A stretch of 64,000 bases of DNA, taken from positions 480,001-544,000 of the forward strand of contig CAVSGI010000009.1 in the NCBI GenBank assembly GCA_963727445.1. The letters are read 5' to 3'. Positions 34,674 to 45,080 of this stretch are shown piece after piece. Origin of the DNA: an uncultured delta proteobacterium (GTDB lineage: Bacteria; Myxococcota_A; Polyangia; Polyangiales; B10-G4). The first letter of the stretch is position 1, and every line of letters begins with the position of its first letter. The notes under the pieces were generated by a model. It saw nothing but the letters and a program-made list of their open reading frames with translations, did no database searches and was not told the origin of the DNA. The position numbers and the translations under genes were made by a program.

Positions 34674-35987
34674 TCACCTCGTCGCGATGAGCCGGTCGAC
34701 CGCCTTGCTCAACAGCGTCAGGTCTGCGGGCTTGACGAAGAAGTGATTGGCGCCGAGCCGGCTCAGCACCCGCCAATCGCTCGCGCTTCCGATCCCCGTG
34801 AGGACGATGATGCCGACGTTGGGGTTGGCGCTTCGGAGTGCCGCAGTGAGCTCGAGACCGTTCACGCCGGGCATCTCGAGGTCGGTGATGACCACGTCGG
34901 GCGGACGCGCCTGAATGGCTCTGAGGGCGGAGCGGCCGTCCGAAGCCGTCTCCACCACCACGCCCGGGATCTCCTGCGACAAGACGTCGGCGACGACCCG
35001 CCGCATCGCCTCGTCGTCATCCACGACGAGCACGCGGGTCTCGACCCGGCGTTCGGGGCACGCGCCGACCTGGAGCAGCTCGGTGACGAGCTCGCCGGCG
35101 GACGCGTGTCTGCACTCCGGTGCCTTGTCGAGGGAGCGCAAGAGCGGTCGATCGAAAGCGACGGAGACGTGCTCGGCGGTGGAGCTCGGCCGTGGCGCGG
35201 GCCGCTGGATGTGCGCCGCGAGGAGCTTCTCGGTTGGCTCGTCGGGCTCGAGTAGAAAGGGCAGGCGACCCGTGATCAACTCGAAGGCCAGTACCGCGAA
35301 GGAGTAGACGTCCTGCCGCCACATCAGCGAGTCGTGCAGTTGCAGGCCGGCCGCTCTCTCGGGGGGCATGTAGGCTGGCGTACCGCGAATCTCGTTGCGG
35401 CGTAGTCGCCCCAGAGTGTCGGTGAGGCCCATGTCGGAGAGGAGCACGCGTCCGGACTCGCTGAGCAGGACGTTTTCCGCTTTCACGTCGCCGTGGATGC
35501 GGCCCGACGCGTGGATCGCGTCGAGACCCCGAGCGACACACTCCAGAATCGACAGGCGTTCGTCGAGGGTCAGCTCGGGCTCGAGCGAGGCATAGAGCCG
35601 GCGCTCGAGGGTCATTCCCGGAACGAGCTCCATCGCGAAGTAGGGCGCCCCGTGGTGCCGGCCGAAGGAGTGGATGGCCACCACGTTCGGGTGTGCGAGA
35701 GCCGCCATGGCGCGTGCTTCTTCGAGAAAGGACTCCTCGCTTCCGGGCAGGCGCAGGAGCTCCGGGTGAAGCAGCTTCAACGCGACCTGGCGATCGAGCT
35801 TGGTGTCGCGAGCAGCGAGCACCACGCCCATGCCGCCGATCCCGAGAACGCTGCGCACTTCGAACTCGTCGATGCGCGTTCCAGAGTGGGGGATCACCGG
35901 GTTTGGGACACCCGAGAGGACGTTCGAGCGCCCTCGGCTCGTTTCTCGCTCTTCTTCGATGTCGGAAGCCAGAGACTGGGACGTCAT
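34674..35987 (-). CDS. Ser/Thr kinase fused to a C-terminal receiver domain
   Basis: GIGGMG, VALK, HGDVKAEN, DMG, GTPAYMPPE; then VLVVDDD...TDLEMP...KP. Confidence 0.88.
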   Translation of the reverse strand: MTSQSLASDIEEERETSRGRSNVLSGVPNPVIPHSGTRIDEFEVRSVLGIGGMGVVLAARDTKLDRQVALKLLHPELLRLPGSEESFLEEARAMAALAHPNVVAIHSFGRHHGAPYFAMELVPGMTLERRLYASLEPELTLDERLSILECVARGLDAIHASGRIHGDVKAENVLLSESGRVLLSDMGLTDTLGRLRRNEIRGTPAYMPPERAAGLQLHDSLMWRQDVYSFAVLAFELITGRLPFLLEPDEPTEKLLAAHIQRPAPRPSSTAEHVSVAFDRPLLRSLDKAPECRHASAGELVTELLQVGACPERRVETRVLVVDDDEAMRRVVADVLSQEIPGVVVETASDGRSALRAIQARPPDVVITDLEMPGVNGLELTAALRSANPNVGIIVLTGIGSASDWRVLSRLGANHFFVKPADLTLLSKAVDRLIATR

Positions 35988-36019
35988 GTGGATCCTTTCG
36001 GCACGATGGCGTCTCAGGG

Positions 36020-36035
36020 TGCGAAGCACGTGCCA
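36020..36035 (-). promoter_or_regulatory. Putative sigma54 promoter for the kinase-REC gene
   Basis: Minus strand TGGCACGTGCTTCGCA; consensus -24 box, divergent from a sigma54 activator. Confidence 0.6.
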
Positions 36036-36133
36036 CCGTCTCAGGTGACGCGCGCGCGCCCCGCCGTGGCAATTCGCCACGAGAGTGGCTTTGTGCCGCG
36101 GGACCGAGGCACGTCCTTGGTAGGCTCGGGCCG

Positions 36134-37471
36134 ATGTCGTCCTCCCTTTCCGCTCCGGGCACCCGAATCCTCGAGTCCGCAGACGGGCCGACGTTGGTCC
36201 TCGGTCGCGCGCGGCTCAGCGTCGAAACCGGAATGGACGCCGGTGCGACGCTCGACGTCGACGCACTCTCGATCACGGTGGGGACCGACGCCGATGCCGA
36301 CCTGATCCTGACCGATCCGGCGGTCTCCAACCGCCACTTCGAGCTCGCGCGGACCGAGCATGGATGCCTGCTGCGCGATCTCGGGAGCACCAATGGAACC
36401 TTCGTCGATGGCCGCCGCGCGACCGGGGTGTACCTCGACAGGACCGCTCGGATCCGTGTTGGCGAGACCACGATCGTCTTCGAGAGCCTCGATGAGGACG
36501 TCGAGGTCCCGCTCGCGCGGCGCACCAATTTCGGCAAGCTCCTCGGTCACAGCCCGGCCATGCGCGCGGCTTTTGCAACGCTCCACAAAGCGGCGAAGAG
36601 CGACGTGACGGTGCTGATTCAGGGAGAGTCGGGTACGGGCAAGGAGCTGGCGGCGCGCGGTCTGCACGACGAGGGCCCGCGCAAGAACGGTCCCTATGTC
36701 GTCTTCGATGCCGGCACCGCCGCACCGACCCTGCTGGAGAGCCAGCTCTTCGGACACGAAAAAGGTGCGTTCACCGGGGCGACCACTGCGCGCGAGGGCG
36801 TCTTCGAAGCCGCGGACGGCGGCACGCTGGTCCTCGACGAGATCGGCGAGCTCCCGCTCGACCTTCAGCCAAAGCTCCTCCGTGCGCTCGAGACGCGCAC
36901 GGTCGTGCGACTCGGCTCGACCCGGAGCCGGCAGGTGGACGTGCGCCTCGTCGCCTCCACCAACCGAAACCTCCGCGCCGAAGTGGAGGCGGGTCGCTTT
37001 CGTCAGGATCTCTACTTCCGCCTCTCGGTGATCACCGTCCGGCTCCCGCCCCTCCGGGATCGGCGCGAGGAGCTACCGCGCTTGATTCGCCACTTTCTCG
37101 CGAACCTCGGCCGGAGCGACGCGCCGGAGCTCCCGCTCGCGACGATGCGCCTGCTCGAGAGCCACGATTGGCCGGGGAACGTGCGAGAGGTGCGCAATTT
37201 CGTCGAACGCTATCTCGCGCTGCCAGGCGCGAGCCCCGAGCAGCTCCTGCCTCGGGCCGACGTCGGGATGGAGGGCCCGGCGCTCGACGCTTCCGCGCTG
37301 GAGGTTCAGTTCCACGACGCCAAGCAACACTTCACCGATCGCTTCGAGCGCGCCTACCTCTCGCGGCTCTTGGAGAAGCACGGGGACAACATGTCGGAGG
37401 CGGCGCGCGTCAGCGGGCTGTCGCGACAGACCTGTTATCGGCTATTGCGCAAGCATGGGCTCCGCGGCTGA
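36134..37471 (+). CDS. FHA-domain sigma54-dependent enhancer-binding protein
   Basis: FHA motifs VSNRH and [35 protein letters not shown]; Fis-type HTH. Confidence 0.93.
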   Translation: MSSSLSAPGTRILESADGPTLVLGRARLSVETGMDAGATLDVDALSITVGTDADADLILTDPAVSNRHFELARTEHGCLLRDLGSTNGTFVDGRRATGVYLDRTARIRVGETTIVFESLDEDVEVPLARRTNFGKLLGHSPAMRAAFATLHKAAKSDVTVLIQGESGTGKELAARGLHDEGPRKNGPYVVFDAGTAAPTLLESQLFGHEKGAFTGATTAREGVFEAADGGTLVLDEIGELPLDLQPKLLRALETRTVVRLGSTRSRQVDVRLVASTNRNLRAEVEAGRFRQDLYFRLSVITVRLPPLRDRREELPRLIRHFLANLGRSDAPELPLATMRLLESHDWPGNVREVRNFVERYLALPGASPEQLLPRADVGMEGPALDASALEVQFHDAKQHFTDRFERAYLSRLLEKHGDNMSEAARVSGLSRQTCYRLLRKHGLRG

Positions 37472-39160
37472 ATCCGATAGGCGCGTCGGCGGCTATCTCC
37501 TCGAGCGGCGCCTCGCCGTGGGCGGGATGGCGGAGATCTTCGAGGCGCGAAGAGACGATGGCGGCCCGCTGGTGGTGGTCAAGCTCCTGCTTCCTCAATA
37601 CGCGCGCGACGCGGAGATCGAGGAGATGCTCCGTCACGAGGCCGAGCTCCAGGAGCGCCTGAGTCACCCCGGGCTGGTCCGGGTCCTCGAGCACGGCGAA
37701 GACGACGGTCAGCCCTACCTCGTGATGGAGCGAGTCGACGGCGTGTCCCTCGCCGACCTCCTCGCCTATCCCGACGTCCCGCGCCTGCCGCGCGACGTGG
37801 CGCTCTTCGTGATCCGGCGCGTGCTCGAGGCGCTCGCGTACGTGCACGACGCGAAGGGCGCGGACGGTGCGCCGCTCGCCATCGTCCACCGCGACGTGAC
37901 GCCACAGAACATCTTGATCTCGCGCGACGGAGACGTGCGCCTCGGCGACTTCGGCATCGCCCGCTCTTCGCTCCGCGATGCGCGTACCCGCACCGGCGTC
38001 ATCAAGGGGAAGCTCCGCTACGTCGCCCCGGAGCAGGTGACGGGATCGGCGATCGACGCGCGCACCGACCTCTACAGCCTCGGCGTCGTCGCCTTCGAGC
38101 TGCTCACCGGCGAGCCGTATCTCGTCGGTGACTCGGAGATCGCGCTGCTCCGCGCGGCGGAGGATCCGACACCGCGCGCCTTGTCGGATCGACTCGAGGA
38201 CGTCGATCGAGGACCTCGACCGACTGCTCGGGCGCATGCTCTCTCGCTTCGCCGAGGAGCGTCCGGCCAGCGCGAAGGCGGTGCTTGGCGCGCTCGATTC
38301 GATCGCCAACGCGCACGATGACGCCGAGGCGAAGCGCGAGCTCGGGAGCCGGGTGGCGACGGTGGCGCGAGAGCGGGGGATCGTGCCGGGGCCGCAGAAG
38401 CAGGAGACGCCAGCCGAGGAGCCGACAGGGACCCGGGCGGCCTATCGGGTCCTCTTCGTCCTCGCCCTCGTCGCGATCGGCATCGGGACCGCGTTGGTGT
38501 TCTCGTCTGCGGAGGAAGAGACGCGAGAGCGCGAGGCGCTCGATGCGGGCGCGACGGGGCCGCAGACCCGAGAGGAAGAGGAGCCGGAGGGACCGAGCAC
38601 GACGGCGGACGCGCCGGCGGCCGCGACCGACGCGACGCCGGCCGAGGCGGTGGCCATCGAGGTGAGGGAGACGGCCTCGTCCCCGGCGCCCACCGAGGTT
38701 GCCCATCGCCCTTCGCGCTCGCCGGCGGAGGCGGAGGCGCCGCCCGAGGAGGCCACCGCCGCCGACCCGTCCAGCGACGCCCAGGCGCGCGCCGCCCTCG
38801 AGGGACGTCTCGCTGCCCTTCGCCGCGCGTTGCGAGCGCGCGGGGTGCGCGAGGAGGATTCTGGATGCACCCCTTCGAGGGCGCCTCGCTGCCGCAGAGC
38901 GCGCGCTCGTCGCGCAGGAGCTCGCCGACGCGGAGCGCGCCGTAGCCGACGCCGAGCAGGGCGCCGCCGCGGTGACCGTCGACGCGGATTTCGTCCGCCG
39001 AAAGATCGCGCGCGTCGACGCGGTCATCCGTCGCGCGCGGTCGCGCGGCACTGACACCACCCGCGTCCAGGCGCTGTCGGCGAGCGCGCTCTCAGACTTC
39101 ATGGCCGGCCGCCACACGTCCGCGAACGGACGCCTGAATCAGATCCTCGACTCGCTCTGA
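37455..39160 (+). CDS. Membrane Ser/Thr kinase, frameshifted near 38208 and 38860
   Basis: HRDVTPQN, DFG, GKLRYVAPE; continues in other frames to RPASA, a TM helix and a helical C-terminal region. Confidence 0.8.
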
Positions 39161-39164
39161 CCCT

Positions 39165-40215
39165 TCAAGGCACGCAGGCGCCGCTCTCGGCGTCGCACGT
39201 CGGCCGTTCCGTCGGGCAGACGTTCGCGTCGCCGTAGAGCCGACAGTCGGGGATGCAGTAGCCGATGGCGGGATCGCAGATCAGGCCGCTGTCGCAAGTC
39301 GCGGCATCGCAGTTCGAAAGGACGCACGCGTCGGCGACGCACATCAGCCGCGGCATGCCAGGGCAGGTCAGGGTCGTCGGGTCCATGACGCCCGAGCCGC
39401 AAGGGGCGGTTGGGATCGAGGGGGGCGGCCCACATGGGAGGGTGAAGTCGCCGACGTACGGCTGGCTCTCTGCTTCGGCGGCGACCTGATCGAGGGCCGT
39501 GCCGTCGGCGTCGGTGACGCTGGATTCGATGCGAAGGCGGTAGGACAGCGTGACGCCGTCGTTGTCGAGGGGCGGAGGGTCGATTCTGTGCGACCACGCC
39601 GGTGGCGTCGAGGCGGATCGCGGCGGGCCGGCCACCGGGCTGGAAGGAGACCGCGCCTTCGGCGAAGAGGGTCGAGGGCTCGATGGGCTTGGAGAACATC
39701 ACCACCACGGTCGGCACCACGCAGCCCTGAGCGGTCTGGCCGTCGGCGGGGATCACCTCGCCGACGCGGGGCGGGAGCTGGCCGGGGCGGATGTTGAAGG
39801 GCACGCGGAGCGGATCGCTGTCGATGCCGAAGCGTGCGGCGAGCGCGCGCCCCTCGGCGATGGTGCCCACCCCCGACTCTCCGATGACGCGAACGTCGAG
39901 GGGCACGTCCGGGAGTGTGCCTCGTTCGAGGCGCACGAAGGGGAGGTGATCGACGACGGGAACGCTCACCACGAGCTCGAGGTCGCTCGCATCCGCGTCG
40001 GCGTTGGTCACCTGAACGCCGTCGTGCGAGCTCTCCTCTCCCGGGGCGTAGAGCCCGTCCGCGCTGTCGAAGACGTACACCACGGACTCGATGCGCTCCA
40101 CGATCTGCGACTCGCTGTTGATGTTCGGATCGGGAACGAGCTCGAGGTCCAGGGCCGGCTCGCTCGCACAGCCGGCGAGGAGGACGAGGACCAACTTCGG
40201 GAACGAGCGCGTCAT
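39165..40215 (-). CDS. Lipoprotein with an Ig-like domain and a Cys-rich tail, frameshifted near 39588
   Basis: Lipobox LAGC; PPRVGEVIPADG...VMFSKPI Big-like motif; continues as IDPPPL...VTDADGTAL and a Cys-rich C-terminus. Confidence 0.7.
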
Positions 40216-40850
40216 GGCGGCGTGATCACCAGGTCGGGGCTCTGTCCCTGATCGCGCGTGAGGACGACGCCGGCCGCGATGCCGCCGCCCACCACGGCAG
40301 CGACCAGGGTCCACAGCCACCACTTCTGATACCAATGGGACTCGTGTGGGCGCGCAGGCGCGAGCTCCTGCCCGATATCGAAGGCGGCGGCTTCGACGCT
40401 CTCGGCGGTGGCGTCCTGCACGACCGCCTGCCGCGACGTCTCCCCGGCGCTGCCGACGACCTCGACCAGACGCACACGAACCATCACGGTCGTGCCGAGG
40501 CGCGCGAGGGAGAGCGCCGCCACCTGGTCGACGTGGAGATCGCGCCCCACCGCTCGGGCACAGTCGGGATCGTCATTGCACTCGCTCGGTCGACCTTCGA
40601 GTGCCCGCGAGACGTCGCCGCCCGCGGTGGCATCGAGCATCTCGCTGCGCGAGAGGCCGCGCGCGAGCGCCGCGGAGGCATCGGCATCGGCGAGGCTGGC
40701 CTCCGTGGCCCAGGTGGACGGAAGCACGGCGACCCGGGCGGTGGCCCGGGCCGAGCTGGCGTCACTCACGCGCTTGTCGCTGCCCGCGCACCCGCCGAAG
40801 AGGAGCGCGAGCAGCGAGAGGAGGAGGGAGGTTCGGCAGAGGACGCCCAT
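40212..40850 (-). CDS. Hypothetical exported protein with a C-terminal WYQKWWLW TM segment
   Basis: Signal/lipobox FGGC; CNDDPDC; ATGA overlap with the downstream gene. Confidence 0.7.
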   Translation of the reverse strand: MGVLCRTSLLLSLLALLFGGCAGSDKRVSDASSARATARVAVLPSTWATEASLADADASAALARGLSRSEMLDATAGGDVSRALEGRPSECNDDPDCARAVGRDLHVDQVAALSLARLGTTVMVRVRLVEVVGSAGETSRQAVVQDATAESVEAAAFDIGQELAPARPHESHWYQKWWLWTLVAAVVGGGIAAGVVLTRDQGQSPDLVITPP

Positions 40851-40872
40851 GCGCTCGTCGATGGTACTCGTA

Positions 40873-41718
40873 TCACTCGCCGGGGCAGAGGAACTGCCAG
40901 CCGCAAACGCCGCTCGCCGAAGGCTCGCAGACGACCGAGGCGGAGGATCCGTCGCCGCACATCGGCAGCGCGCCTGGCTCCGGGCCGCAGTCCGCGGGCT
41001 CGCAGCTCGGGCAGAGGAACTGCCAGCCGCAGACGCCTCCGTCGTTCACGCAGGTGGTGATCGCGGTGGAGCCGTCGCTGCAGCGCGGCGCGGCGCCCGG
41101 AACGGGCCCGCAGTCCGCGTCGGTGCATTCGGCGGGTGGGCACTCGCGCCACGTGTAGCCGCAGACGCCCGCGGCGTTTCGCTCGCACGGTCCGGGACCG
41201 CCCCAGGATCCGTCGTCGCACATGTACGCGGGTGCGCCAGGCGCCGGTCCGCACTCCTCGGGGGTGCAGTCGCTGACCGGGCAGTCGCGAAACTCCCAAC
41301 GGCAGCCGTGGTCCGTGAGGAGGCAGCGTCCGGTGCTGCCGCCGACGGATCCGTCGTCGCACATGTACGTCGGCGACTCGGGCTCGGGCCCGCACGCCCC
41401 GGGGGTGCAGGTGAGGTCGTCACATCCGAGGAAGGGCGAAGGCGTCTCCGACGGACTGTCGAGGTGGACGGGCTCGCAATCGGTGCGAACGATGCACGCC
41501 GATTCGTCGAGGTCGCTGCAGGCGTCGGGCGCGGGACAGGTCATGTCCGCGGCGCAGGTCGCCCAGCCGTCGGGCACCGACGCGGAGTCGGAGAAGGTCC
41601 GGGTCTCCCCGGTGCGGAGGTTGATCGCGAGCACCCCGGCTGGCGTGGTGCTGCTGGTACAGGCCGCCGCCGAGAGGGCGACGAAAAGGAAGGCGGAAAG
41701 TCGGGTGTGAGTGGTCAT
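40873..41718 (-). CDS. Cys-rich repeat lipoprotein
   Basis: GAGGAG RBS; lipobox AAAC; four CGPxP...CxDGS...CP repeats. Confidence 0.8.
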   Translation of the reverse strand: MTTHTRLSAFLFVALSAAACTSSTTPAGVLAINLRTGETRTFSDSASVPDGWATCAADMTCPAPDACSDLDESACIVRTDCEPVHLDSPSETPSPFLGCDDLTCTPGACGPEPESPTYMCDDGSVGGSTGRCLLTDHGCRWEFRDCPVSDCTPEECGPAPGAPAYMCDDGSWGGPGPCERNAAGVCGYTWRECPPAECTDADCGPVPGAAPRCSDGSTAITTCVNDGGVCGWQFLCPSCEPADCGPEPGALPMCGDGSSASVVCEPSASGVCGWQFLCPGE

Positions 41719-41753
41719 GTCGAGTCTCCTCAGGTGGTTCGCATCGACCTTCG

Positions 41754-41769
41754 AGCAAGGGCGAGGCCA
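41754..41769 (-). promoter_or_regulatory. Putative sigma54 promoter for the 41718-39165 operon
   Basis: Minus strand TGGCCTCGCCCTTGCT; pseudo-palindrome TGTCACAGCGGTGGAACA at 41820-41837 upstream. Confidence 0.65.
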
Positions 41770-41921
41770 CGAACGAACCGGCGGAGATCACGAGCGAAAT
41801 CTCGCCCTCGGCTTCGAGGTGTCACAGCGGTGGAACACGTGTGCCAGCGGAACGGACGTGCGCGTGGCGCACCTGTGGGGTCCGCGGCGTTCTATCGATG
41901 AGCGACCCGTCGGCGGGGCGC

Positions 41922-44174
41922 TCACTCGCCGGGCTGGCGCCCGTGGTCGGTGATCCGCTCGGGATGCGCGCGCATCTCGTCGAGATCGGTGCGCGGGATC
42001 GTCGAGTCCAAGAGCGGCCACATCGGCTTGACCGTGACCGTGCCGAGGTAGACGCGGTTGTCGCCGACGTCCTCGCCGGCGGTGACCGGCCAGCGCTCGC
42101 CGGTCGAGGGGTTGTAGACGCCGAGGAGCACGCGGTACTCGCCGGGCGGGTAGCCGGGGGGCACCTGCACCAGCACCCGGTTTTCGATGATGTCGCCCTC
42201 GCGCCAGCGATCGGCCGGGTACATCCAATCGCCGGGGATGTGATCGTAGCTGATCCGCGCGTCGTCGGATTCGATGTGGAGGAAGAAGTGGGTGTCGGCG
42301 CTCTTGGGGCCGGGGACGCGCCACCAGGTCGTGCAGAAGAACTCGTGCCGCTCGATGGTCTCGGTCTCCATCTCCGAGCCGAGGAGCTCGAGGTCGCCGC
42401 CGAAGGTCGCGGTCGTGCCGCCGATGTTCTCGGGCGGCGCGTCGAAGACCACTTCGCGCGGGATCTGGTCCCAGAGATCGCGCCGGCGGAAGAGCGAGAG
42501 GTAGTAGACGCTCGAGCGCGGCCAGGTGCGGACGTGCACGTACTTCTGCTTGAAGCGCTGGTCGTAGACCCCGAACTGATGCGGGTTGTGGGCGATGAAG
42601 GGCTCGAGGGAGCGCGGCGTGGGATCGCGTGCGTAGCGTTCGGAGACCGACGCGGCCGAGCCGCCGGGGATGTAGGTGGTGAGGATCGCCCACTCCGGAT
42701 TGCGCTCGTGGAAGTAGTCACGCATCTCCGCTTCCCACTCGGGCTTGAATCGATCGGCTTCGGTGGCCGCGAAGGCGTGCAGGCCGTAGCGCGCGCGGGC
42801 GTGGGCGATGGTGTAGTCGGTGAGACCGATGAAATCGAGGTAGCTCAGGTCCTGTGAGTGGTAGGGCGTCGAGCCCATGTCCTGGAAGGCGACGAGGCCG
42901 CCCGGGCGCTCGTGGCGGACGATGAACTTGCCCATGTCCGGGTGATAGGTCCCCGAAAGATCGCCCCGGCCGTTGAAGCCCGCCATGGACGTGTAGCTGT
43001 AGCCGAAGCTCGCGCCGGCGCCGCCGAGAGCGATGCCGGTGCAGACGACGGTCGCGGCGATGCGCGCCGTCTTGCGTTGCTTGAGCGCCGCGGTCGCGAC
43101 GGCCCAGAGGTTTCTGAGGCCGAAGCCGCCGAGCATCGCCAGGAAGGGAAGCGCCGGCAGGTAGAGGCGATACCAGCGCATCTCGTCGGCGCCGACCTTG
43201 ACGATGTAGGCCATGAAGCTCGCCGCGATCACCGCCATCACCGCCTTCTGCACGGTGTGGCGCCTGTCGATGAAGGCGAGGGGCGCGAGGAGCGCGAGGG
43301 CGCCGATGCCGTTGAAGGCGAGCATGTCGTAGAGCGTCCGGAGGCCGGTCTCGACGATCAGGAAGCTGCTGCTCGTCTTCACGTAGTAGGGGTTCGGCAA
43401 CAGGCCGCCGAAGTACAGGTAGCGGAAGAGGTGCACCGGCGCGGTGATCGCGAGCAGGCCCCCGATCCACAGGAGCGTCACCCGGTCGAGCTTCCTCGCT
43501 TTGATCGATCGCCACAGGACGGGGGCGCTCATGATGATGCCGATGAGGTGCACCTCGGGGCGCGTCAGGCAGCCGAGGCCGAGGACGATGCCGGCCCAAA
43601 GGGCGTACTTGTTGCTGCTCTTGCGCAGCGCTTCGAAGGTGAGAAAGAAGGCGAGGGTGGGGAGGAGCGTCCCGAGGGGACCTTCCATGCCGCTCGTCGC
43701 CCAGAGCGTCGCGGTGCTCGAGCACGAAAGCCAGATCGCCGCGTAGACGTGGCCGAGGCTCGCTTCGAGGCCGTAGGCGCGACGGTGGATCATGGCCATC
43801 AGCCAGAGCACCGTGGCGAGCATCAGCGTGCCGAGGATCTCGAAGACCTGGAAGAGGTCGAGACCGAGGGCCTCGAAGGGCAGGGCGACGAAGATCCACA
43901 AGAAGGTGGTCGAGCCCTCGACGCGCTCGCCGACGTTGAAGGTCAGCCCGTTGCCCAGGAGCAGGTTCTGGGCGTAGTGCCAGGTGATGTAGGCGTCGTC
44001 CTTGACGAAGTCGAGGTTGACCAGGATCGACAGGAGCAGGAAGAGCCAGGTGAAGGCGAGGGGCAGATAGAAGAGGAGCAGCTCGCGCTTCTTCTCGGGG
44101 TCTTGCCAGCGCTCGCGGAAGAACGCGCGCACCCGACCCGGTCGGCCACCCTTCTGCGCGGCCTCAGCGCTCAT
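41922..44174 (-). CDS. Polytopic GT-C-like glycosyltransferase (AftB-like N-terminal motif) with a C-terminal beta-sandwich
   Basis: DDAYI..YAQNL..GNGLTFN.GERVEG, SGME, LTRPE, LLPNPYYVK; many TMs. Confidence 0.75.
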   Translation of the reverse strand: MSAEAAQKGGRPGRVRAFFRERWQDPEKKRELLLFYLPLAFTWLFLLLSILVNLDFVKDDAYITWHYAQNLLLGNGLTFNVGERVEGSTTFLWIFVALPFEALGLDLFQVFEILGTLMLATVLWLMAMIHRRAYGLEASLGHVYAAIWLSCSSTATLWATSGMEGPLGTLLPTLAFFLTFEALRKSSNKYALWAGIVLGLGCLTRPEVHLIGIIMSAPVLWRSIKARKLDRVTLLWIGGLLAITAPVHLFRYLYFGGLLPNPYYVKTSSSFLIVETGLRTLYDMLAFNGIGALALLAPLAFIDRRHTVQKAVMAVIAASFMAYIVKVGADEMRWYRLYLPALPFLAMLGGFGLRNLWAVATAALKQRKTARIAATVVCTGIALGGAGASFGYSYTSMAGFNGRGDLSGTYHPDMGKFIVRHERPGGLVAFQDMGSTPYHSQDLSYLDFIGLTDYTIAHARARYGLHAFAATEADRFKPEWEAEMRDYFHERNPEWAILTTYIPGGSAASVSERYARDPTPRSLEPFIAHNPHQFGVYDQRFKQKYVHVRTWPRSSVYYLSLFRRRDLWDQIPREVVFDAPPENIGGTTATFGGDLELLGSEMETETIERHEFFCTTWWRVPGPKSADTHFFLHIESDDARISYDHIPGDWMYPADRWREGDIIENRVLVQVPPGYPPGEYRVLLGVYNPSTGERWPVTAGEDVGDNRVYLGTVTVKPMWPLLDSTIPRTDLDEMRAHPERITDHGRQPGE

Positions 44175-45009
44175 CGTCGTCCTCTTCGTCGTCGTCCTCT
44201 TCGTCGTCGTCCTCTTCGTCGTCGTCCTCTTCGTCGTCGTCCTCTTCGTCGTCGTTCTCTTCGTCGTCGTCCTCTTCGTCGTCTGTCTTCGAGCCGGTTT
44301 CCGTCGCCGCCTCACTCAGTGAGTTCGTTCCGGCGTCCTCCGGTCCCCCATCGCCGCTGGGGCCTGAGCCGTCGTCTTCAATCCTCTGCTTCGACGTGGC
44401 GAACCACCCCTTGCGGTTTCCGAGCAGTCTCAGCCCCACCGTCATCACCACCGAGATCAACAGGCCGAGGAGCCACCAGTCGAAGGGCTGGGCGAGGCTC
44501 ATGAACTTCTGGACCTTCATGTCGCTCGGCGCGATGGCGCGCGGGCTGCTGGTGCCGCTGTCGACGATGTCGAAGTAGCCAGCGTGGATGCGGTCGTCGG
44601 TGGTCGTGGCAACGCGGAAGCGGCCGCCTCGGCCGCGGTGATAGAGGCCGGTGTAGATCTCCATCCGCTGGGGATCGCAGACGGGGGAGTCCGGGATGGT
44701 GACGCGGAACTCGTGCGCGATGGTTCCGTCCTCGGCGACCTCGGGTGCTTCGTCCCGGACCATCCGGCAGGTGCTCTGCTGCGACTGGATGTGCAGGAAG
44801 ATGTGGACGTCGTCGGCGAGCGCCTCGTCCGTCCCGAAATACACAGTCACCGGCATCTCGTCGCCGACGGCCGCCTCGGCCGGGACCTCGAGCCCGTAGA
44901 AATGCGCTGAGTCTCCCACCTGGATGGCGTCATCGGCGTCGAGCCCTGCGGGCAGCACGAAGAGGAGTGCGAAGAGCGATGCCATCTGCGGGTGGCGCAC
45001 CTTAGCCAA
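44164..45009 (-). CDS. Exported beta-sandwich protein with a TM helix and acidic tail; possibly the 5' part of the adjacent GT-C gene
   Basis: Signal peptide, HIFLHI..., TM segment, repeated EEDDD. Confidence 0.6.
   Translation of the reverse strand: MAKVRHPQMASLFALLFVLPAGLDADDAIQVGDSAHFYGLEVPAEAAVGDEMPVTVYFGTDEALADDVHIFLHIQSQQSTCRMVRDEAPEVAEDGTIAHEFRVTIPDSPVCDPQRMEIYTGLYHRGRGGRFRVATTTDDRIHAGYFDIVDSGTSSPRAIAPSDMKVQKFMSLAQPFDWWLLGLLISVVMTVGLRLLGNRKGWFATSKQRIEDDGSGPSGDGGPEDAGTNSLSEAATETGSKTDDEEDDDEENDDEEDDDEEDDDEEDDDEEDDDEEDDDER
44176..44280. repeat. 7 x 15-bp tandem repeat GTCGTCCTCTTCGTC
   Basis: Directly visible, one variant copy; encodes (DEEDD)n on the minus strand. Confidence 0.9.
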
Positions 45010-45080
45010 AACGCGAAAACGTCGCCAGCCGGGGGAGGAAATCCCGCGGAGGGTCGCGGACGTAGTAGCATCTCCATCGC

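Noticed and set aside
36107..36122. Sigma54 promoter for the activator gene (AGGCACGTCCTTGGTA)
   Set aside because: It lacks the GC at -12; a TAGGCT -10-like box 7 nt before the ATG explains the start better.
44176..44280. CRISPR array or phase-variable switch
   Set aside because: There are no spacers or cas genes, and the 15-bp unit preserves the reading frame.
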